Below the pieces are notes generated by a model. The model was not told the DNA's origin and made no database searches. It saw only the letters and a program-made list of their open reading frames with translations. The translations under genes were made by a program, and so were the position numbers. Positions 57,155 through 64,000 of a stretch of DNA of 64,000 nt are shown here, in pieces (position 1 is the first letter of the stretch; every line of letters begins with the position of its first letter). The stretch comes from Spirochaetia bacterium (GTDB taxonomy: Bacteria > Spirochaetota > Spirochaetia > UBA9216), in NCBI GenBank assembly GCA_963677925.2, contig CAXXYH010000003.1:1056001-1120000 (forward strand), in the 5' to 3' direction.

Positions 57155-57943
57155 TCACAATTCAGGTACGTGAAGTCCGCCGTCAACATTTATAACGGAC
57201 CCTGTACTGTAAATAAAATTATCAGATACCAGAGCATTTACAGCCTTTCCGATATCTTCGGGAGTCCCCCATCTTCTCTGGGGCACAAGCCCATGATTGA
57301 TGAGCTCTTCATACTTATCTTTTATGCCGGCAGTCATATCAGTCATGATAATCCCCGGACGCACCTCAAACACACTGATATTTTCTTCCGCCAGTCTGCG
57401 TGCAAAAAGTTTGACTGTCATTGACAGACCGGCCTTCGCAATGCAGTAATCTCCGCGGTTAAGAGAAACCGTTTCTGCAGATATCGATGTTATGAAAATT
57501 ATGCTTCGGTTTTCTGAAGACTCAGGTTCCTGCTTCAGCCAGATATTCGACAGCTCCTGAGTCAGGAAAAAACCGCCTTTCAGGTTTACTGAAAGCAGAT
57601 CATCCAGAGAATCCTCAGACATCTGAAGAAGATCGGTTCGGTTCTTCGGGGCTATACCGGCATTGTTTACAAGCGAATGTATTTCACCAAAATCATTTAC
57701 CGCATCTTTGAGCATTCTGCTGCGATCCTCTTTTACCGAAATATCAGCCTTATAAATCAGGAATTTCTGCTCATCAAACTGCTTTACAGACTCGCAGATA
57801 CTTACCGTCTCTTCTGCCGCCTTGAGATTTCCTGCGCAATTAACAGCAACCGAATGTCCTGCAGCTGCCAGGGCAACTGCAATCCCGCGGCCTATTCCGC
57901 GGCTTGCCCCTGTAACCAGTACATTTCTTCCAATTTGATTCAT
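57155..57943 (-). CDS. SDR-family oxidoreductase
   Basis: TGASRGIG, NNAGIAP, YCIAKAG, EVRPGII.TDMT and STG.VINVDGG. Confidence 0.92.
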   Translation of the reverse strand: MNQIGRNVLVTGASRGIGRGIAVALAAAGHSVAVNCAGNLKAAEETVSICESVKQFDEQKFLIYKADISVKEDRSRMLKDAVNDFGEIHSLVNNAGIAPKNRTDLLQMSEDSLDDLLSVNLKGGFFLTQELSNIWLKQEPESSENRSIIFITSISAETVSLNRGDYCIAKAGLSMTVKLFARRLAEENISVFEVRPGIIMTDMTAGIKDKYEELINHGLVPQRRWGTPEDIGKAVNALVSDNFIYSTGSVINVDGGLHVPEL

Positions 57944-59964
57944 CTATAAACTTCCTTATGCTCAAAAATTTCTCCATTATTATAGCGTGACCACACGGTT
58001 TCAAACCATTCAACACTATCAGGAACCGGCCTGCAGGCAATCCAGTTAATCTCTATTTTATCAGTTGCCGGATTCAGCTTAAGCATTTGTATCATCCCGC
58101 GCAGACTCCTGTTGTCCGGTTTAATCCTCCAGGAATCTTCGAGGGTTGGGCAGATCCGTTCACCGTGGTCATCTGCGACAAGGGAGGATCCCCTGCTTCC
58201 GCCGCCCATCTGAAGATAATCTTTAACAGCTTCAAGATAAACCCTGTGAGCTATCACCATATGCCTTGATTTGAAGAATGATGACAGCCTGTCGGGTCTA
58301 ACCCGCAAGGTACCGATGAGAGACTGCTGTAGAGCCGCTTTATCACAGGCCCTGCTGATTGTTTGTTCAGAACGTATCAGCCCGCCGTGTTCAGTCATCC
58401 GGCTTTGGTATTCTTTTCTGTATTCAATCAGATCTGCTGCATCTGTATCATCAAAAACTGTCTTTTCCATCAGGATAAATACTGATTGCAGCTCCTTCTC
58501 TGCAGCGGCAAGAGCGGATTCAACATCAAGTGAATGTCCTTTATAGGAATTAGCAATCTTCTGCGCAGCTCTTAAGGCTCCGACCTGGCCTGAGTTAAGA
58601 GCGGATCCTCCGGGCCTTGAAACTCCGTGTGTTCCGTTCACCTCGCCTACAGGAAAAAAGTGTCCGATATTTGTTGATTCCCACCAGATATCACCTGCAA
58701 GACCGCCGTTATTATGCTGGGCACAGACGGCTATTTTCAGAGGAGCACTGTAAAGATCAATGTTATGATCTTTATAAAGTTCAATTGCCCTGGGATTCAG
58801 CTGCTCAAGTCTGCTGATTGGTGTATCACCGCTTAGACCGGATTTCCTCCAGTAGTCTTTTACTTCCCCGTTAAGAACTTCTTCCGAGAAACCACCGATG
58901 CGCTCATCTCCAGCCGGATTAATTCTGAAATCCAGATATACATCTCTTTTTTTGATCACGGACTCCCTGTAAACAAGGATATCTATCAGTGAAGAACCGT
59001 AATTCTCAATTTTATCCGGATCAAACGGCCACTGGTATCCCTTCAGAAATATTGCAGCTGCCATAGCTTCCATGCTCGGGAAATGTTCGTTTAAAAATGA
59101 AAAGCATTCTCCTGTTTCCGGATCACGGCTGAAATAACAGGGAATGACCTGCTGATAGCTTCCGGAAAGGTTCCATCTGAAATCTGTCGATGCGATTCCG
59201 AACTGTGATTCCGTAAGGTTTACAGCATCGGCGCCTATCTCAAACGCAAGCCCGATAGCTCCTGTGTGCCTGCCGGGATAAACAGATGTTTCATAGAGAC
59301 CTGCTGCGCCGCCCGGAGCAAAGATCATGTTGCTGCAGAGAAAGACTGAAATTGCATTCTTTCCTTCTGAAAGCCTGCTCCGGTCAAGGATAACTGCACC
59401 GGCGATCCGGTCATCATATTTGATTAATTTTATACATTCGTGCTTATCTATGATTTGTATTCCCAGAAGTCCGCATTCCTTTTCAAGATGCTCAACCATC
59501 TCTTTTGATGTGTAGGGGCCCAGTGATATGCCGCGTTCCCGCGGGTCGTGATCTGTTTTATAGCCGGTGTATCCTCCGTAGTCATTATGAGGAAAGGGAA
59601 CTCCGATACCGACAAGATGATAAAAGGCATTTATTGAACAAATCGATTCTACAAGCGCTATATCGCCATGCATTGCACCGCCGCCGCTTATGGCCTCTGC
59701 CATTTTGTAAGGAGAATCCGGTTCCTGTGTAGAATCTGATAGCTTATAATATGTCTGCTTATCAGAACCGGTATTCCGGGAAGTTCCGCCGAGTAAATCA
59801 TCTGTCAGAACCAGTAAATCATCTATGCCTTGCCGCTTTAATCTTACGGCTGAAGCAAGTGCTGCACTGCCGCTGCCGATTACCAGAGTATGGTTATATC
59901 TGCATTTAACTGCTTTATTATTTATTATAATAGAAGATTCCGGGGAGAATGATTTATAACTCAT
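57940..59964 (-). CDS. FAD-dependent oxidoreductase, SdhA/FrdA/NadB superfamily
   Basis: IGSGSAAL, GTSRNTGSDKQTYY, AQHNNGG and GEVNGTHGVSRPGGSALN. Confidence 0.82.
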   Translation of the reverse strand: MSYKSFSPESSIIINNKAVKCRYNHTLVIGSGSAALASAVRLKRQGIDDLLVLTDDLLGGTSRNTGSDKQTYYKLSDSTQEPDSPYKMAEAISGGGAMHGDIALVESICSINAFYHLVGIGVPFPHNDYGGYTGYKTDHDPRERGISLGPYTSKEMVEHLEKECGLLGIQIIDKHECIKLIKYDDRIAGAVILDRSRLSEGKNAISVFLCSNMIFAPGGAAGLYETSVYPGRHTGAIGLAFEIGADAVNLTESQFGIASTDFRWNLSGSYQQVIPCYFSRDPETGECFSFLNEHFPSMEAMAAAIFLKGYQWPFDPDKIENYGSSLIDILVYRESVIKKRDVYLDFRINPAGDERIGGFSEEVLNGEVKDYWRKSGLSGDTPISRLEQLNPRAIELYKDHNIDLYSAPLKIAVCAQHNNGGLAGDIWWESTNIGHFFPVGEVNGTHGVSRPGGSALNSGQVGALRAAQKIANSYKGHSLDVESALAAAEKELQSVFILMEKTVFDDTDAADLIEYRKEYQSRMTEHGGLIRSEQTISRACDKAALQQSLIGTLRVRPDRLSSFFKSRHMVIAHRVYLEAVKDYLQMGGGSRGSSLVADDHGERICPTLEDSWRIKPDNRSLRGMIQMLKLNPATDKIEINWIACRPVPDSVEWFETVWSRYNNGEIFEHKEVYR

Positions 59965-61334
59965 TTAATCAGTCCCCGTTTTTTCGCAGCTTCTCTTCCT
60001 TTGATAAGCTCAGGTTTATAAACTGCTCTATCTTTAACCGGACAGCCGTTCCGGCCGGCGCCGTCTTTCATTATCTGAGAACAAAGCGAACAGGTAATAC
60101 AGCATTTCTTTGAATCCATGCTGCCCTTCTCGATAATATCCCTTACAGATTCCGGATATGCAAAGCTGCCCCTGCCCTGTCCTATCAGTTTCACCCAGCC
60201 TTCTTCAACAAGTCCGGCTGCAACTGGAGGCATCAGATGCCTGAGCCAGCCGAGAGCAGCAGTCGCCAGGGGAACATCTCCCAGTACAGCCTGAAGCTGC
60301 CTGCCTGCATCCTGAAAACGGACAATTCCTTCAAGCGGATGTTCCGGGGGTGTGGGATCACTTTCAATAGGATTGTTGTAAGGTCTGGTGACATAAGGCT
60401 GAAAACGCGGATAGCCCAGTGAGTAATTAAACACAGGCATGGAAACAAGCTCAACCAGTTCTTTTGCAAAGCTTAGTGGTTCGGTGTAATCCATCTCAAT
60501 TTCTCCGGCTCTGGATTTAACGCCCCAGCCGTAGGGATATTCTGAGGGTTCGCACATCGTGAGTCTTGCAGTAACGAAACTGACGGAGGACATGTTCTGC
60601 TGCATTCCCTGTGCACATTCACGAACAAACCTGGTTCGGTTTTCATAGCTTCCGCCGTAAATTCCGGGACGTGTATAGGCACAAAGCATTTCAGCTGTAA
60701 GGTAGCCGTGTACAGCCTTCATCTCAACCCCGTCAAAACCGGCCTGCTCAGCAAGCCTGCTGTTTTCAACAAACAGATCCCTCATCCGCTTCAACTCATC
60801 ATCGGAAACAAGGGGAGAATCGATGCTGCATCCGACAGCGTAATCAAGTTTGGGATTGTGGTGAATCAGCACCGGTTTCGGCTTTCCCTGAGGCTTACTC
60901 CATCTGCCCGAGTGAGCCAGCTGAAGTACGGTTACTATTTCATGTCCGTGGTTTTTCCTTGCCGACTCCCGTGTTTCTTCAACGAGCTGCTTCCATATAT
61001 CAAGATTCTTTTCAGTCAGCATCAGCTGTCTGGGATTGCTGCGTCCGTCGGCTTCAATTACAGCCGCTTCAAACCATATCAGCCCCGCTCCTCCGGCGGC
61101 ATAACGTTTGTATCTTCTGAATGTATAATCAGTAGGTGCGGAAGTATCCTCATCTGCATCAAAGCCTTCCATCGGCTGCACAACAAACCTGTTGGGAAGC
61201 TGATAATTTCCGATTCTTACCGGCTCTGAGAGTATATCTATATTTGAACTGACAGGCAGTTCAAGATTCAGTCTGCCTAATTCATTTTTTAAATCATCCA
61301 ATGTTTCAAGATCAAAACGTTTGAATTCCGCCAC
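59961..61334 (-). CDS. NADH:flavin oxidoreductase (OYE family) with C-terminal Fe-S motif
   Basis: NRFVVQPMEG, LQLAHSGR, AGFDGVEMKAVHGYL, YGGSYENRTRF and CITCSLC...GC. Start probably GTG 61334. Confidence 0.9.
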   Translation of the reverse strand: MAEFKRFDLETLDDLKNELGRLNLELPVSSNIDILSEPVRIGNYQLPNRFVVQPMEGFDADEDTSAPTDYTFRRYKRYAAGGAGLIWFEAAVIEADGRSNPRQLMLTEKNLDIWKQLVEETRESARKNHGHEIVTVLQLAHSGRWSKPQGKPKPVLIHHNPKLDYAVGCSIDSPLVSDDELKRMRDLFVENSRLAEQAGFDGVEMKAVHGYLTAEMLCAYTRPGIYGGSYENRTRFVRECAQGMQQNMSSVSFVTARLTMCEPSEYPYGWGVKSRAGEIEMDYTEPLSFAKELVELVSMPVFNYSLGYPRFQPYVTRPYNNPIESDPTPPEHPLEGIVRFQDAGRQLQAVLGDVPLATAALGWLRHLMPPVAAGLVEEGWVKLIGQGRGSFAYPESVRDIIEKGSMDSKKCCITCSLCSQIMKDGAGRNGCPVKDRAVYKPELIKGREAAKKRGLIK

Positions 61335-61377
61335 AATAAATCCTGCCTGTATATTCAATGTAAGTATCATTCACTTA

Positions 61378-61452
61378 TGTTGCATGCAACAAAGCCAGTA
61401 TAGATGCTGTTTCTGATTGTTGTCAAGAAAAAAATCCATTTTTTGCATGCAA
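61378..61452. promoter_or_regulatory. Two TTGCATGCAA palindromes; putative LacI operators
   Basis: TGTTGCATGCAACA at 61378-61391 and TTGCATGCAA at 61443-61452, in the divergent intergenic region. Confidence 0.72.
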
Positions 61453-61507
61453 TAAATGATTTTTTATGATATAACTTAGAAAAACAGTTCAGGAGTTTCT
61501 TAAGAAG

Positions 61508-62503
61508 ATGGCAAAAAGGGTTACAGTCTATGACATAGCGCAGAAACTTAACATATCACCAAGTACTGTATCAAGAGTACTTAACAACTCTGCACTTATC
61601 AGCAATGAACGGGCTGTGCAGATACAAAAAACAGCTGCTGAAATGGGCTATAAGCAGCGGCCGATAAAAAAACAGATTAACAGGGCGATTCTTAATATTC
61701 ATCTTTTTCTCCCTGAATCGGATCTCAGCCTCACCCACTTCTTCTATAATGTCTCGGAACTGCTTGATTCTATTCAGAGAGGTTTCGGAAGCGTTCGATT
61801 AAACATAATTACCAGAGTTAATGACGGGAACATGGATTTTCTTTCATTCAAAAAGACAGGTGATATTGACGGATGCATTTTTGCATTTACTCAGCCGAAA
61901 AAAAAACTATCAAAGGCTCTTATGGAACGTGAGATTCCCGTTATACTTCTGAACAGACGTGATGACAGCCATTCCTGTATTTTCTATGACACAGAACAGG
62001 GCATGATTGCGCTCACTGAAGATGTATTGAAAAGAAAAGACGCAGCCGTTGCTCCCTGCTACATCGGTTTCCGCTCACTCGAAGCATTATCACGTGAAAG
62101 ATTCAGCGGCGTCAAGATTGCACTCGCAGGAGCAGGACTGGATTTCAATGATGATAATCTGATTTTTGTAGAGGAACTCACAGATATCGGGAATAAAGTC
62201 ATCCCCTGGATTATAGAAAATTCATACGACACAGCCTTCGCATTCAATGATTATATTGCTCTTTCGGTTCTTCACTCACTAATGAAAAACGGAAGGAGGG
62301 TACCGGAAGATATAGCTCTCACCGGCTTCGATAATTCACCTATTCTGGGTCTTGCTGAGCAGAAAATAACCACAGTAACTCTTTCAATCTCGGCTCTTGG
62401 CTTCCGAGCCGGAGAATGGCTGAAAAGAGCGATTATTGACAAGGAACAGCATAGACTTTATGAAGTAATGCCGGTTGAAATAGTCCCCGGCAATACTGTT
62501 TAA
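61508..62503 (+). CDS. LacI-family regulator
   Basis: VTVYDIAQKLNISPSTVSRVLN, FAFNDYIA and VPEDIALTGFDN. Confidence 0.94.
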   Translation: MAKRVTVYDIAQKLNISPSTVSRVLNNSALISNERAVQIQKTAAEMGYKQRPIKKQINRAILNIHLFLPESDLSLTHFFYNVSELLDSIQRGFGSVRLNIITRVNDGNMDFLSFKKTGDIDGCIFAFTQPKKKLSKALMEREIPVILLNRRDDSHSCIFYDTEQGMIALTEDVLKRKDAAVAPCYIGFRSLEALSRERFSGVKIALAGAGLDFNDDNLIFVEELTDIGNKVIPWIIENSYDTAFAFNDYIALSVLHSLMKNGRRVPEDIALTGFDNSPILGLAEQKITTVTLSISALGFRAGEWLKRAIIDKEQHRLYEVMPVEIVPGNTV

Positions 62504-64000
62504 TAGCTGATATCCTCAAGCGCCGGAACAGTTATTGTAATCCGCTCATCATCGTTGCCGCTTGTGAAGGTACGCTCATTCAGGTCGCTCACGGAATCGA
62601 CCTCTCCGTCCCAAAAGTCATCAAGAAAGACATCGGGTGAATCAAAACCGTTGTTGTAGAGCTTTCTCACCCTGGAATTGCTGCCGGTTTTTATTGCGGT
62701 CGAAGCGTTATAGAAATTATTGTAGTACATGTAAAGATTCCCGCCGTAGGCAGTATAGGCGCAGATTGATGAGTCTGCATCAGTTCCTGCACAGATGTTG
62801 TTAAATGCTATTTTACAGCTTCCGTTATTGATAAAATAGATACCGTAGGACTGACTCTCTGAACCCGATGCGGTTCCGCCGCTTATCAGAGCATTGCCGT
62901 AAATATCGACATAGTTGCTTGTAACGGCGGCCTCACTGCTGCTGTATATGGCAAATGAGGTGGACCCTACTCCGAGGGCCGTGCCCCCGCTGATTTCTTC
63001 ATTGGCATAGATAACAGGGCACGCGCCGTCAGTAATCATAATGCCGTATGTTTTGTAATTATCCTCATCATCGCCATCGGAAGTAAGCTCCGCCGCCGAG
63101 ACTGATGATGTTCCGCCGAGGATTATGTTGTACTGGATTTTAGGTGAAGCATAGCTTTCAACTGACACTGCGGAGGCTTCTGCACGGCCGCTGCCGCCTG
63201 TTATGGTATTGTACTGAAGTACGGGAGAGGCGCTGCTGCTTATAATAATCGGGGCCGCACTGTTTCCTGAGCCGGATTTTATAATTGTCAGGCCCTCAAT
63301 CACAACATCTTCACCGATATCCTCACCGTCGACTATGATACTGCCGGTTATTTCTATTGTTGTTCCGCTTTCACGGGATTCGGAATCCTTATAGTCGTCA
63401 TTTCGTGTTGTTGCATTGGTAAACCCGCCGCATAGTTTTACACCGGCAGGGATTGTCAGATCACCTGTAAGAGTATATGTAGCCTTATCAAGAGCTATTG
63501 AATCTCCGTTTGAATAAGCCGTATCAATTGCGGTCTGTACAGCAGTTATACTATTTGTTTGGGGAACAAAGGAAAAAAGGCTGTCCACATCTGCAGTTAT
63601 CTCAGTATTCTCCCTGATAGTAATTGTTGTATTTGCAGCCTCCTGATTTCCGAATACAGGTTCAAAGTCTGCTGTATGGGAAGAGTCGAGATGCCATTCC
63701 ACCAGTTCCGAGACATTTCCAACGTCACAGGTCAGCACAAAAACACCGGTACTTGAAGTAAAGGTTTTAATTTCGCCGGTTGCGGTAATTTTATTATCGG
63801 TATCATCATCAACAATAATATCGCAGGCAATGTTATCATCTCCTGTAACGGTAAGCTGCAGCTGCCCTTCACCGGAAAGGCCCAGCAGATACTCACGGCC
63901 TTCGGCCGTTACACTTAAGAGCTCTGAATAATATCCCAATGCTGCCGGAGAAAACTGAAGTACAAGATCCTCCTTTGAGGCTCCGGCTTCAATCGTATAC
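62500..64000 (-). CDS. Large surface/secreted protein, C-terminal part (Ig-like domains plus right-handed beta-helix); 5' end outside the window
   Basis: The frame stays open to the window edge (YTIEAGASKEDLVLQFSPAALGYY...LSGEG, Ig-like). It is followed by S/T/G-rich repeats (SPVLQYNTI, SPKIQYNII, CPVIYAN) typical of pectin-lyase-like beta-helices. Confidence 0.75.
   Translation of the reverse strand, partial: YTIEAGASKEDLVLQFSPAALGYYSELLSVTAEGREYLLGLSGEGQLQLTVTGDDNIACDIIVDDDTDNKITATGEIKTFTSSTGVFVLTCDVGNVSELVEWHLDSSHTADFEPVFGNQEAANTTITIRENTEITADVDSLFSFVPQTNSITAVQTAIDTAYSNGDSIALDKATYTLTGDLTIPAGVKLCGGFTNATTRNDDYKDSESRESGTTIEITGSIIVDGEDIGEDVVIEGLTIIKSGSGNSAAPIIISSSASPVLQYNTITGGSGRAEASAVSVESYASPKIQYNIILGGTSSVSAAELTSDGDDEDNYKTYGIMITDGACPVIYANEEISGGTALGVGSTSFAIYSSSEAAVTSNYVDIYGNALISGGTASGSESQSYGIYFINNGSCKIAFNNICAGTDADSSICAYTAYGGNLYMYYNNFYNASTAIKTGSNSRVRKLYNNGFDSPDVFLDDFWDGEVDSVSDLNERTFTSGNDDERITITVPALEDISY

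Noticed and set aside
422-63756. Many short ORFs in the track (e.g. 718-1113, 15084-15566, 30443-31030, 44808-45293, 60708-61229)
   Set aside because: They are antisense or out-of-frame shadows of well-supported genes, with no recognisable motifs.
1-64000. CRISPR arrays, IS elements, integrases, prophage, rRNA/tRNA, defence systems
   Set aside because: No repeat-spacer periodicity or recognisable motifs; intergenic gaps are short and explained by promoters and terminators.

Overview
Gene-dense anaerobic bacterial region. A free-living spirochaete is likely, inferred from solute-binding proteins whose signal peptides end in 'FAGGQTE', 'WAGGNQE' and 'FANGDQE', plus lipoproteins and an MCP. I saw no rRNA, tRNA, CRISPR, phage or transposase genes. 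In order, the window holds: (1) an H+-type F1Fo operon atpB-E-F-H-A, truncated at the left edge; (2) small accessory genes, including a UGSC-family protein with Met at the Sec/Cys site; (3) an operon with a pyrrolysine-free MtmB homologue and an ECF transporter, behind a candidate structured RNA leader; (4) a sigma54-controlled aldehyde:ferredoxin oxidoreductase; (5) a flavinylated extracytoplasmic reductase pair; (6) a PocR-AraC regulator, a rhamnose/AI-2-like ABC transporter and an MCP; (7) a sugar-phosphate-type (SPU-like) microcompartment operon with 2 BMC-H, 2 BMC-T, 4 BMC-P, AldDH, RpiB and DeoC; (8) a polyol/ketose catabolic cluster with an EryC-like epimerase, FGGY kinase, dehydrogenases and ABC transporter, which shares a 19-bp putative DeoR operator with the BMC operon; (9) an AT-richer TRAP / URO-D-like / LysR block; (10) a LacI-controlled OYE, SdhA-like, SDR, TAXI-TRAP, UbiD and Mo-enzyme operon; (11) the 3' part of a large surface protein. 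The best candidates for something undescribed are the DeoR-linked polyol-to-BMC regulon and the non-Pyl MtmB/ECF operon with its leader. Family assignments come from motif recognition by eye, not database searches.
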